A stretch of DNA of 64,000 bases from Psammoneis japonica (taxonomy: Eukaryota), in NCBI GenBank assembly GCA_008632985.1, contig QPGO01000059.1:124001-188000 (forward strand), given 5' to 3'. Below the pieces are notes generated by a model. It was not told where the DNA came from and ran no database searches. It saw only the letters and a program-made list of their open reading frames with translations. Shown piece by piece: positions 25,186 to 38,446 of this stretch; positions within the stretch are counted from its first letter, which is position 1; every line of letters starts with the position of its first letter. Both the position numbers and the translations under genes were made by a program.

Positions 25186-25621
25186 CATCCACGTATTCAC
25201 CAGGCAAAATTGGCAAAAGTCGGGTATGGCAAAAAGTGTGCATTTGGTCAAAATTGATCATTGAGTGCAAATGGTGGTGTCTTTAGGGTCCCTTTAGTGA
25301 GCCGAACACGCACATTTCTCATTTGACCATCATGGGTCCGTCTTATGGGGGGTGTCAAAACGTCGTGCTGTGACGCGTCTTGAAAATTAATTGTTAAATA
25401 ACGTATCCAGCCACCAAGGTTATATAAAATTGAAAATTCACACATTGAAGCACGACATTTTACACCCCCTGTAAGACGACCTGTGATGGTCAGATGAGAA
25501 ATGTGCGTGTTCGGCTCACTAAAGGGACCCTAAAGATGCCACCATTTGCACTCAATAATCGATTTTGACCAAATGCACACTTTTTGCCATGCCCGAGTGT
25601 TGCCTGGTGAATCCGTGGATG
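25186..25621. mobile_element. Hairpin/MITE-like element: ~180-bp inverted arms around an ~80-bp AT-rich spacer
   Basis: 25186-25369 is the reverse complement of 25449-25621 with few mismatches. Confidence 0.9.
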
Positions 25622-28600
25622 CGGTGTTAATCAACTCTTGACAATGAGGAACAACAAACAACCAGTCCAATGACCCACTGATGTGGTCCGTGATTGAGGA
25701 CGCAATGATCAGAGACATGACGACACGACCACAAACTTGGAGGTGAGGGCTCTTTAAGATGACCGCCTCTGGCAACGTTGCAAACGCAGTGGTCCAGCCC
25801 AGCCTCCCATCATCGCATTGCACACACAGCACTTGTGATGCAATTCAAACTGGAGTGGAGGGTTTCCCAAGCAGAAATGAAAGAATGGAGGATCGATCGA
25901 CAATGGATGGTTTTCGATCGTGGAAACTCAGCACGGATCTCCCCATGGATTCTGCGCAAACACGATTGGCTCAGCTTTTGCTCTCGATTCTCCCAACACC
26001 CATCGTTTTTGGCCCAACATTGAGTGGTGTGTTGGTGCACAGCAGATGTGTTTTCATCCTGGGTTAGAAACTTTTGGACACATCACGAGGCTTTCCACGT
26101 GTTTCTACATGAGACGTGCATTTGGCACCAAAAACATCAGTGAAAAATGAGCTCCATGACAGCAAAAATGTGTTTTTCCATGTCTCGAACCACAAACCAC
26201 AATTCGCGCAAACCGAAAATGGCACCATGCCGTCGCCATGAACTCGTCCATTCTTGCACCAACGGATGTTGTGACTGAGAAGGCAAGAATGCCGAGACAG
26301 GTCAACAAGACAACGCTCAGTGCGATGATGTGGTTGAAAATTTGATCTTTGTTTTTTGTTGTGCCTTGTGGACAGCCTTTTGACTCATGACATTTTTGAT
26401 GCCTCTTTCTCTCTTCCTCAGCTTGCGAAGCAGGATTCTCATCAACGTGCTGCTCCATCTGCTTGACACCGGATGCTGACAACGAAGAATGTTTCTGTGA
26501 CACGTTGCTGTGATTCTCACAATGTATCGTCCGCACTTTGAGTCGTTGTGGATGACGCTTTTGGGTCACGCGACAACATCAGATTTCTCTGCCGACAAGA
26601 GAATCGTTGTGTGTTCAGTTTTGAGGGTGTGTGGGGACAAAGAATCTCAGATGCAAGTGTGACAGTTTCATTGTTGTAAAGTGGAACAACACCATTGGCG
26701 ACATCTCAGTGTCGCAGCCATTTTATTTTATTCTAAGATAGAACCAGTCATTTTGAGTGGTGAAATTTTGTCAACATTTCATCTTTAACTCCACCCAGGC
26801 ATGTCAAATCACACAACAACTGGGCACACATTGAACTTTGACGCCACTGTTTCAATCCCATTGTTTTATTCACTCAAGTGTCCCACACAGGTCGACAAAT
26901 CAGTCGATTTTTGAAATGGCCGATCGCGCAAAAAAATCACGTGCGAAGTCAGTTCCCCCGATTTTTCTCATGCAAATGACAGAGTTGGAACGCCGTTCTT
27001 TTTTGGTGTGAGCTCTTCACACAATGAACAATGCGTGCATTCTTTCAAAGCAGTCAGATTCGGTGAAAGAAACAGCAGAAAAGTCTCTCAAATGCACCAG
27101 AACAACAACAACGAGCAGATGGCTGTCAGTTTCACTCCAAAAAATGCCGCTTTCGAGACAGCGCTTTTCTTGTGCGCACCCTTCAACCAATGAGAACAAC
27201 GGCTGGCTTTTCAAAACAAACATGTCTGTGGAAAGAAGAAATGAAAAATTGGGGGAAAGTCCAGTCAGATTTGCTCACACAAAAAGCACGGCGACGGAAA
27301 AGGGACAGACGAAACGTCTCACCTCTGCATGCGCGTTTCTCACCTGGGATGAAAACACATCGGCAAAGAAGCACGCTGCCCTTCATTTTGGGAATGCACC
27401 TCAGCCTCTCAATCATTGTGGGAGTCAGCAAAAAGTGCAACGAAAAGGTCGCAGCGTGTTCCACCGTCGGTTTGTGACAGCACTGTGCTGTGATCGTCAC
27501 GAGTCGCAAGTCAGACACTTTCCACACACAAGCGAAACAGAAGACTGGCCATGCACCACATCTGTTGTGGCAATCACAACTCTGAGCGCGCGAGGCAGCA
27601 CTGTGAGGGCATGACCGTGGCTCTTCTTGAACACAAGCACATGAAGAATTAAATTCTGCAGGCTTGAGAGATGCTGCTGGAGGCTGCTCTTTGCGCACGA
27701 GCTCTGCCCACCCCTGAGCAGGGGCATCTGCACAAACATTTGGCCGTGTGAATTGCGCCGAGGGGTGAATCTGAAAAAGGTGTTGGGCGTGCTCGCATCT
27801 TGTCTTCGTCACATTGGACACATTTGCGAAGACAAATTGTCAACATGATCACATGTGAAATGCCCTGGAACTGAATTTGCACAGAGGCCCCTGCACCGCG
27901 ACAACTCTGCACACTGTCAAACCATTTCGCCACTCAGAACCCAAATCGCACCACACAAACACCGCAGTTCATTGATGCTGTTCACCTGATGGGCCACTCT
28001 GACTGTGCTCTCCCTCTTCCTCAGAAAGCAGGGGCACACACCTTTGCCACAAGTCACGCATGAGAACACTGTGCCGCTGGTTTGAGGGGAATTCATCGGT
28101 TGTTGCAAAATGTTGAGTTGGTGAGATTCGGCGAGTCTGGTGATGACAACGGTTCTTGCGACAGCGTTTGTGCCAAATTTCTCATTCATTGTTTGTTTCC
28201 CCCCAAAGGCAACACGTGGCTCACTCAACATCATGCAAGAAAATGCTGTGGATGCATCCACTTCATGAAGTGTGAGGACTTCATTGTGGACAATTGTCTT
28301 GTCTCACGGAGCAAGCAGATTTGCCACCGGTGCACTGCGTGGTGAAACTTTGGGTCAGCGGTTGATCTCTCAGAGGGTTTCTGTGGCTGCATCAACCAGA
28401 GCTGACAATGTTCTGCTCCCTTGACTGTCGAGACAGGGTTGGGGGGCAGCTGATGAGCTCCACAAATGATGTGCCGATGCGATCCTTCAAAGCCATCCAG
28501 ATTGTGTGCAGAAGCACTTCGAGGTTTGGTGCATCGACCGCTGGACAGCAGCACAGACTCTCAATGATTGCCTGTCACAAAGTGTGTTGTGGGAACAATG

Positions 28601-28701
28601 GGACTTGCCATGGTGTCATTGGTGTGGGTGGATCTGGATGACAATGCCATGGTTGGTGGCATTGACGACAAGCTCTGTGGATTGACCATGCTGGTTGCAT
28701 T

Positions 28702-30560
28702 TCATTTGACCTGGAATTGGTTCAACGCGGGACATTGTGCCGTTGTGATTCTGCTCCAATGTGAGTCATCATTGAAGTGAAATTGTGCATTGTCATCACA
28801 TCCTGCTCTCACGAACACTTCGCATCTGCCGTCCACCCCCTTCTTCATGCACGCGTCCAAGATGCCGGATGCTGTCCATTGAAGGACGGTGAGTCCCGCC
28901 GTTGTAGAGTCAGGGCTCTCATTGCTTCGTGGTCTGGAGTGCACTGTTTGTCCAACATCCTTGCATTGTGACAACAGGGTGACAAGTTCAGTTGTGGTGT
29001 GATCCCCTTGAGTGTTCTGAACCACATTTTGGACAAGGAATTTGACGACTCCATCTTGTTTCACTGGTGGAAACATGCTCCCAAAATCGTTTGTACAGTG
29101 AGGACATGCGTTCCCACATGGCTCGATTTTCTCATTGATGTTGTTGTCAAAAGGGTTGCTGCTGCACCTTTCGAGCTCTGCGTTGAGACAATCGCAGCGG
29201 AGACAAAGACATGAGGTGAGTTCATTGAGTTGTCTGACTTCCACATTGACAACTTCTTTCCTCGGAAGAATGTCCTCATTGCCGTCTCTTGATCCCTCTT
29301 TGCCGCAATCATTCTCGTGGATTCGTTGCAACAGATGCAGGCAGTCATGCAACGAGAACACAATCACAAACTCGTCTGCATCTGGGGTTGCATTCTTTCT
29401 GTGTCCTGCTCGTCCGAGCTCCTGCATGAAATCAAGAATTGACGTCGGGATGCCATCGCGAAGCACCAAGTGAACATCTGAAGAATCGAGGCCAGCCCCT
29501 GCTGAGCCAGCGGTTGCAATCAAAATCCGAGGATTGCAATCCTCTTCATCTGTGTCTCCTGCGTTGGCATGAGATTCTGTAAAGAGACGGGCACAGAAGA
29601 ATTTCTGTTCCGCAAACAGCTCCCCATTGATTTCGACCACATCCCCTGGTGTGTTCTCGTGATCTAGAAAATCGTTGAGGCCATTGGTGATCGTTGCAAC
29701 AGCTTTGCGAGAGTTGCCACATGTGATTGCCTTTTCGTTCGTGTTTTTCTCAAGAAGATTTCGGCACCGATCCTTCAACTTGTTTCCCTTCTTCTGTGCT
29801 GCAACCATTCTCATTCTCAGCTGGCGTCTTTGCATGTCTCTTGTGTCAGCCCAAACGCACAGGCTCTCATCAAGGGAAACTGATGTCATTGACTGAAACA
29901 TTTTTGCCAGATCGAGATCCCACATGGCCGTCATGATCAGCATGGGTGCTCGCAGCTCCCTGCTTCCGTTCGGCTGCGTCCTGTCGCATGTCCATTGGAA
30001 CAATGTGTTTTTCAACTTGGCAAAATCACGACAAAAGGCAAGTCCAAAGTTTGCGTGCAGATGCACCTCATCAAAGGCAACCAATCTCAGCTGTTTTCGT
30101 TTTACAATCTCTTTCAGTGCAGATTGCCATTCTTCTTTCAGTGTTGCCTGCGGCGACGCAAAAACGAATGCGGTTGTTGCGCGGGACAGTCCCAGGAGGG
30201 CCGAAGTGATTGACGACTTTGTGGAAGGCTGCTTCACTTTGTCAAGATGAGCCGCAATGACTGATCCTGTCCGTCTTCCAATCTGATTGATTTCCTCCAC
30301 TTGATTGGTTGTCTTTGCCTCTTGATCAGCACCGACAGAAAGAAGTGGCACGACTGTCAGCACCACACCCCTGAGAATGCTTCCAGCGCATTGAACAACT
30401 GCCGATTTTCCACCAGACGTTGGCTGGACAACTGTGGCAGCGCCAACTGTGAGGCGTTGGCCGTGGTTGGACGGCAGATGCATTCACACGATTTTTCCAA
30501 CAGCATCACGCTGGAACGCATGCGGCTCATGCCCCCATGCCGACATCATCTCTTGATCAA
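28702..30560 (-). pseudogene. RecQ-like helicase domain of the AcademH-like element
   Basis: SF2 motifs I-VI present; 593-aa ORF with zero Tyr; premature TGA at 30484-86. Confidence 0.88.
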
Positions 30561-31545
30561 CAGATGAGTCCAAATGTGTCCAACCCATCCTTTCAAAAGG
30601 CAGTTGTTGAGACAGGTGATGATTGGGTGACAATGCAGCCGATGCATCCTTGCGGATCAGAGCAATCTCTGTCGATGGCAACGACGACGTTCCCTTGATG
30701 TGATGGCAGAGCTTCTTTTTGACTTGACGCTGTCGCCTTCCTCTGCGATCAGCACTCTTCCGAACAGCCGACAGGTCCACTCGCCTCATGTTTTCAATGC
30801 CATTGCTGCGGACGTCTGCCAAGGCCTTCTTGTGCAAGGGATGCAGCTTCTTCGGAAGCCGGATCTTTCCACCGCTTTTTGCAGTGATTGTTGATCCTGG
30901 CTTCAAGCTCAACGGTGAGTTTGAAGATTTCATGGTTGTCTTGTTGCATGGAACTGTTGCTGATGATTCGCTTGCCAGCAGCTCCGATTCAATGTCCCCT
31001 TCTGTCTCTTCCATGGTCTCGGTGGCTCCGCTCTCTGCAATGTCCTTTGTCGTTTCCTCCGTTGTTTCCAGAGGTCCGTCTGCTTTAATTTCTTCTGCGG
31101 CTTCATTGGATGCACCATCAGCATCTGGCTCCTCTACAGTGTCAGATCCTGCACTTGATTGACACCCTGAAACAAGAACTTCCATTTCACAATCAGACGG
31201 CTCGATGTCTCCGTCACTCTTCTCAAACTCATCAGCAAGGTTTTCTCCATCATCTGGATTGCCTTTCCCGTCATGGTCAATGACGACACATGCATCACCA
31301 ATGCCACCATCGCTCGTGCCGTTTTCTTTGCTGCCATCCAAGCAAGCCTCGTCGTCCTTGATGCAGTTGGTTTCATCAACAGGTTTCTCACTCTCTTTCT
31401 GCTCCTCTGGCGAAAGCGCTTCAGTTACGGCAGCACCAATGAGATCCGGTTTCGGATCACTGCACTCGTTTTGCTGCTTCTTTGGGTTCTTCAAGTCGGT
31501 GGCAGTTTGTGCGAGAGTGTTCCAGACGGTGCGATCTGTCATCTT

Positions 31546-34500
31546 TCACCCTTCGCTCACTTTACCAGCACCAAGGAGCACTGGCATTTCACAGACAAGA
31601 GATTGCTCTCGCTTTGCACTTGGATGCTTGGTCTTTGCTTTCTTGTTCCCTGCGTCTTTGTTCCATTCTGGAGAGCTTGTTTGACGAAAGACCATGTCAA
31701 CGCATTGAAGAGCTCGCCTCGATGCTGCAAGATGACAAGAGCTACGCTGGTGAGCCTTTGCGGTCTTTCCTGCTGGAGCAGACGTTTCTTGCCACCCATT
31801 GACCGTTTCTACAACATCATCCAGTTCACGTCGGTGAGTGGGCTGACCGTCTCCATCACATCCTGCACAAAACCTGGCCGCTCGGTTGACACACACTTCT
31901 TGCAGGAGGGCGAGTGGCAGGTCTCGGCGCAGTGTCTTGGCTTGTGACAGACTCAGCTTGAAGTGCCGATGCTTGCCAAGATCAAGCCACACTGGTGCCC
32001 ACCACTGAATCTGGTGTTCTGTCGTGCAGCTGTTGCCACAACGAACTGCTGATGAAAGCATTTTGTGCTGCCATCCAAGGTGAGCAAAGTTAATCAGCAA
32101 TTTCCAAATCTCATCATCCGACGTTTCCCACACATGTTTCAACCATGCATCAAATTGATGAGTGCAGCACATGGCAAATCTCTCCGTCCCAAGACATGAC
32201 AGCACTGACACCAGCGTGGCCCCCCTTTCTGCCTCGAAGGTGTCTAGCATCAAACACTCTACTTCGCCCATGATGAGCATGAAAAGCTCATCCGCAAGCT
32301 GGAAACACTCAGCCACTTTGAGTTTCATTCGCTTCCACCCAAGAGCGGTCTGCATCGGTTGCAAGAATCCTCCATGGAACAATCGGAATGTTGGACCAAG
32401 CGTGTGAAACTTGACATGCAAATCCCCAGGTGCGGGAACAATCCTTGCCAGGGCTTGCTCAAATTCAAGGATCTGGCAGCAGCACTCATCAAACGTCACT
32501 TTCGACTTGTGCAGCATTTTAATGAAGGCCGTCAGATTGTCCAAACTCAATAAATCGCCAACAACATAGACCCACTTTTCTTCCATGTTTGGTGCCGCCT
32601 TCCATGAGACACGCCCTGTTGTGGTGTCCTTTTCCTCGACAAGCAGACCTGCAAGAACAAGAAAGTCAAGCAAAACAGTGCCGGCCCCAAATGTTGTTCC
32701 CTTGATTCATGACGAGAGCGGCAGAATGGCAAACGCATCGGCCAGTTCTTCGAACTCATTCCACGAAGAGACCATCCTTTGCTGAAACTTCCCTGCTGCG
32801 CGAAGCAACCCCACTCGCATCTGATGGAATGACTTCACGATTGCTCGGCGCTCTTTACTTTCGAGATGCTCCTTTGGCATGTGAGCCCATTCTTTGTCTT
32901 CAAGTGAGCCCTTTTGATGGATCAAGTTCAGAATCTGGGCAGTTCACAGCAATCGAATGTGGGCTTCCATCCGATTCCCCGAGCTGTCGACAGTGCTCAT
33001 TCATTCTTCGCATCCCCCCCACTTTGCTGGATCCATTAGAACCACAATGATCTCGTCCCTTCCATTGACTTTCTCATGTGGAGGCATGCCCAGTGGTGAC
33101 GGAACACTTTGATCGACACACGCAAGCTCCGGTCTGGCATGCATCTGATCTGGGCACTCGGGTCCCACGTGTGCATGGATTTTCTTCAGAACTTCTGTCG
33201 TTGCCTCCCAGAACGAGCTTGAGCTGCCGATGGGTTCCAGTCCTGGGTGGGACTCCGTGTGACATTGGGCCTGTAGAATTCTACGTGCGAGCTCCGCAGC
33301 ACAAGAATTCAATCAATGGACATGTTTGTCTTCAACATCAAACAAGCTGCCAAGTTTGTGGTGCAATTGTGCCTCTTGCCACTCGACGTTTTTGCAAATG
33401 CGCCTGCCCTGCGCAATTCTTAAGACATTGTAGAATCGCGCTGTAACAAAAAATGTCAAAAGTTGTTGGACGGATCTCTCAATGAGTGTGCCGTAAAATG
33501 ACACAAAATGTCGAAAAAATCACGTAGAAATCTACGTGCGCGACATGCGACGTGATTCAAAAAACTGTCGATGTCACAGTTCAGCAGTGCGAGGTCCCAC
33601 CTAGACCTGGAACGCGTCTGCCTTCACGTTGATCCTTCTTCTTCTCTCCCACCTGGGAGTTGTCGAGCGCAAACATGCAACAATTCCCGGAGCAGCACGG
33701 ACAATCTTGAGGCATGCGAGTCTGCAAACTCCTTTGTTTGCCACTCCCAAGTGGTCTTTGTGATTGATGTTCCAAAGAATGATTCACATCGATTGACGGC
33801 ATCACTTTCTGATCTAGCAAGTCCAGCGGCATGACAGATTGCTGCCCAGAACACTGCACTTGAATTGTTGCGGACACGGCACATTGCAAGGAAGCAACAA
33901 AGAACAGTTCTTTGCTCCACTCCGCATCGCAGCTGCTTGCGAGCATTGTTCTTCCGGATGTCAAACCCAAGAAGCCGTGGTGAGATTGTGGCGTGAGCAG
34001 CATCAGCTGTTGTCCGAAAGCATGATGCCAGATCATCCACTTGAGAGAGTGACAAGATCGGTTCCAACAGCACAACACAGTTTCCACAGCTTTGCTCCAA
34101 AGCAGACCTGCACGTTTCGTTCACCTTGTCCAGCACTTTCATCACATCGGGACCTGCCAGTGATGCTCAAAGAAATTCTTCTTTTGCTCGCAGCTTTCTA
34201 AGGTCACTTTCTGCAGCATGATGGTCGGCTCCAACTTTGTCAAGAGACAACAGTGACAGCAACAGTCGGTCGCCGTCTAGTTCCTCAGCGAGTGCACCAT
34301 TGCGTCTGTTGGCATTCTTGTTTTTGAAGCTTTCAAAAAAGCTCATTGGGGTGGGATTGTTGGCATCACACCACAGCTCCAGTCTGACAATGGGGTCATC
34401 ACCAAATGCACGAAAGTCCATCCATTTGAATTGGATGTCATGTGGAATCCCCGGAAAGGAAAGCATCAGTCCTTCTCCTTTTGCAACACATTCATTCATC

Positions 34501-35147
34501 TGCTGCAGTGGCATTTGCCGCTTGACTGCTGAATCTCGTTGAGGATTTGTTCACACAACTCCAGACAGCTCGTGGTGCGAGCTTCCACGACCACGAAATG
34601 CAACTTTGGCACTGTCATGATCTGCAATCGACCTGATGGATGAATTCGCAACCTCTAAAGATGGGTGGTCATTTGGAACCTTGATGAGGACGGGTGTTTT
34701 GACCGGCAGCATCATGATCTCTTCCGCGACCATTCTTCACCATGAAGTGGGGGCTGCTGGGTTGCCACTCCTGTCTTGAGACTCTTGCGTGTCCTTGGTT
34801 TCATTCAACAGATGAGAAGATCTCCTCGGCTTGGTTCTTCCATCTTGCCGTTGCTGTTGATTCCAACGCACGTCAAAATTGTGACGAATCTTTCTCATCA
34901 CAGACGACAGGTTGCTTTTCCCATTGTCTCTCATTTTGCAAAAGGTGTTTGTGAGGGATGTGGCAACAAGAGACACTCCAGTGGCACGAGAAGTCCTGCT
35001 TGACCGCCTTTTCGAGTTCTTCCTTTCCTTCTCACGCTCAGCTGCAGTTGATTCTCTCTTTCGCTTCTGGCGAGCGACTTGCCTTTTGATTTGCTCTTTT
35101 TTAGGCTGGCACTGCTTCTTGTGGCTGCTCTTCTTTGGAGGCATGGT
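31546..35147 (-). pseudogene. Academ-type transposase, fragmented
   Basis: ORFs 34737-35150, 33624-34145, 33581-34087, 33001-33312, 32707-32925 and 31546-32673 with DN / GDLLS / GDLH motifs. Confidence 0.72.
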
Positions 35148-36037
35148 CATCTTGTCAAAGATGAGGGAAAAGTGACTTCAAATAGTGCTTCTCTGTTATT
35201 GGCCGCATTGGCGGCAGCTTGCGAAAAGTTGAAATGGTTTGACGGTGCGTAGAGTTGTCGCGGTGTAGCGGGGTTCTCGGAAATCCCAAAGAGACTGAAA
35301 TATACCTCGAAAATCCGGATATCTATATTACGAGCGTGCAAGCGCCACACAGACAATTCGAACCATTGCATGCAATCAACCAAGCACTACACACCCAACC
35401 AACTGACACGAGAACCCTCCTGCTCAGGGGTGAGCTCTGCCTCTGCTGTAGCCAGCGGATTTGGAGATTTGTCTGAGTGTCTTTGGCGTTTTGACTGATG
35501 CATGGCATACCGGTACATCGGTGTTGAATGTCTGAGCCTGTGTGTTCAATCTGGTCATTTTGGACACGCGAAGAAAAAACAAATGTGGCTGATCCAGAAT
35601 TTCTATGGCATGCTTCAGGTCAAAGCATTGGAGACACAATCATCATCACGTGTGCAGCAAATATCTTCGTTGCTTCCGGCACGCGATTCACAATGTCAGT
35701 TGGCCCGGCCCGAGCAACGGAGCATGTAGACACACTGCCGTGACGATAAATGCAACGAGTCTATATTCCGCATTCATCACACTCTTGGTGCCACATTCTA
35801 TGATTGCCCAATTGCACCAGCGATGCCTGCACAGAGAACTGCGAGTGGACTCGTGAACTGGTGAACGCAAGGTTGCGGTTACAACCCGAGCATTGTTCCT
35901 GCGCTGTTGTGCGGTGGAAGTGATGCCACAACTTGTCTCCTCTGTTATGATGACGCGACTCTAGCACACTCTATAGAGAGATCGGAGAAAACGACAGGGT
36001 GACAAGCAACAGTTCGGGGACTGCATAATGCAGGAAT

Positions 36038-38360
36038 CAACGTCCAGACAGAAGAGACACAGTGTACCCTGATGCGCAACGTCCAGACAGAAGAGACACA
36101 GTGCACCCTGATGCGCATCGCGAGTCCAAACAAAAAGACACAACCCTTTCAACATGCCAGTTTTTTAACAGCTTCCGCTCTATCGTCAATGTCAAATGTG
36201 GCCTTTGGATAGTTTCCTACTCAAAGGCGCCGTTTCGTTTTGTACGGCCGCCGCGCTGCGTTGGGGAGCTCGCGTCGAGCTAGGAGGTGCTTCAAGAAGT
36301 ACAGGACACTATCTCATCGCCACGCAGTCTGCCCCAAAAGTTCAACAGTACCTCGATCGAGTCACTTCATTTTCGTCTAATTCAATGTGCTACCGGTATA
36401 TCTTCTCTTAAAGGGAAACTGAGGCGCAACCAATACGTTGGCAGGCGCATGCGTCTCCGTGTCTCATAGCTGATATGTGCTTGAATCTCTTCTCTGTTCC
36501 AGGCTCTTTGTGACAACCACGATGCCGGCATAGTTCAAACCAGACACAAGAGATAGCTTACCCTGCGCATCATCGCGAGTCCAAATAACAATACATAACG
36601 GTTTCAACAGATAGAACTTCCAACAGTTTCCGCTCTCGTCCACATCGAATTGTGTCCTTCGTTTGTCAACAGGGAGGGAGTTTCCTAAGCAAAGTAGCCG
36701 TTTCGTTATGGACAGCCGCCTGCATTGTCAGGCTCGTCGAGCTGAGAGACGGTTCAAGTACGGGATGCGTTATCTCATCGCCGCACGCGCAGTCTGCCCG
36801 CAGAAAGTTGCGGTCCCACGATTGAGTCTGCAATGTGCTAAATCTTCTCTTCAAGGGAAACTGATGAGCCCCAAGCAATACGTTGGAAGGCGCACATTAT
36901 TTGTGTCTCCGTTTCTCATAGCTTATATGCTTGAATCTCTTCTCTGTTTCAGGCGCTCTTTGTGACAATGCTGCATTGCCGTGTAGTTCCAACTAGACAC
37001 CAGAGATACAGCTTACCGTGCGCACTGCGAGTCCAAACATAAATACGTAGCGGATTCAACATGTAGGGCTTCCAACAGTTTCAGCTCTCGTCCATAATAA
37101 ATTCGTTTGTCAACCGGGGAGAGTTTCCTACTCAAAGGCGACCTTTCGCTATTATGGACAACCGCATGCATTGCAGCAGGCTCGTCGAGTTCAAATGTGG
37201 GTCAAGCACGGGACGCTATCTCATCGCCACGCGCAGTCTGCGCCCAGAAAGTTGCAGTCCCTCGATCGAGTAACTTCATTTTCGTCTGGTGCAATGTGCG
37301 CTAAATCTTCTCTTCAAAAGGAAACTGAGACACAAGCAACACGCGTTGGCAGGCGCATGTTTGTCGCCGTTTCTTCTCATAAAGTTTATGCTTGAATCTC
37401 GTCTCTGTTCCAAGCTCTTTTTGACGACCGCATTGCCACGTACGGAGTAGTTCAAACCAGACACAAGAGATAGCTTACCCTGCGCATCGCCAGCCCAAGC
37501 AATACATAACGGTTTCAACGTATCGAGCTTCCAACAGTTTCCGCTCTCATCAATATCAACTTTGTCCTTCGTTTTTCAACCGCGGAGAGTATCCCAATCA
37601 AAGCGGTGCCGCATTTCGTTATGTACGGCCGCCTGCGTTGGGAGGCTCGTCGAGCTGAGAGGTGCTCCAAGTACGGGACAATATCTCATCGTCACGCGGT
37701 CTGCCCAGAAAGTTGCAGTCCCTCGATCGAGTGGCTTCATTTTAATCTGGTGCAATGTACTTGATCTTCTCTTCAAGGGAAACTGAGCCGCAACCAACAC
37801 GTTGGCAGATAACGTTTGTCTCCATTTCTCGTTGCTAGTGCTCTTTTCTATTTCAAGCTCTTTGTGACAACCACATTCTTGCCGTGTATAGTTCAAACCA
37901 GACACAAGAGGTAGGTTACCCTGCGCATCGCGAGTCCAAACAATAATACATAACGGTTTCAACAAAGAGTTTCCGCAACAGTTTCCGCTCTCGTCCGTAT
38001 TAAATTCGTTTGTCAACGGGGGAGAGTTTTCTACACAAAGGCGCCGTTTCGTTATGATGGACACCATCAGCCGCCTGCATTGGGAGGCTCGTCGAGCTGA
38101 GAGGCGGTTCAAGTATGCGGGACGCTATCTGATCGCCGCACGCGCAGCAGTCTGCCCTCAGAAAGTTGCTGTCCCACGATAGAGTTACTTCATTATTGTC
38201 CGGTTTGCAATGTGCTAAATCTTCTCTTCAAGAGAAACTGATGAGCCGCAAGCAATACGTTGGAACGCGCACGGTATGGTCGCTGTTTCTCATAGCTTCT
38301 GCTTGAATCTCTTCTCTATTCTAGGCTCTTTGTGACGACCACACATTGTCGCGTGCAGTT
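36038..38360. repeat. Tandem array of ~5 diverged units of ~440-470 bp, preceded by a 39-bp duplication
   Basis: Anchor tagttcaaaccagacacaagag at ~36531, 36984, 37448 and 37889; aaagttgcagtccctcgatcgag-like segment recurs in each unit. Confidence 0.9.
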
Positions 38361-38446
38361 CCCACCCTTCAATCGCAAGCTCAACAGCTATAGATACAGG
38401 GTGCTTTGATCACCTTTTGTGAAATGATGACTCCTCTCCTACGTGT

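Larger units (their letters stand above)
28702..35150 (-). mobile_element. AcademH-like DNA transposon coding region (decayed): Academ DDE transposase followed in frame by a RecQ-like SF2 helicase; element ends not resolved (~25.2k to ~35.35k)
   Basis: Transposase: ALDNSQ, VVGDLLS, PGDLHVKFH. Helicase: FQRDAV, QPTSGGKS, AFDEVH, MTA, IATAGSAGAGLD, QELGRAG, CGNACPHC. Confidence 0.8.

Noticed and set aside
28702..30483. Host RecQ DNA-repair gene
   Set aside because: In frame with an Academ-type transposase, lacks Tyr and lies inside a mutated TE block
28702..32673. Alternative genetic code or TGA readthrough (selenoprotein-like) in Tyr-less ORFs
   Set aside because: Neighbouring host genes use the standard code with Tyr and TAA/TAG stops; in-frame TGAs are explained by CGA->TGA decay
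25150..35350. Terminal inverted repeats delimiting the AcademH-like element
   Set aside because: Only a ~20-bp imperfect inverted match (ctcgtaatgtggat / atctatattacgag) and no TSD; not enough to call the ends
36038..38360. CRISPR-like array
   Set aside because: Whole ~455-bp units are homologous, with no unique spacers, no cas genes and a eukaryotic context
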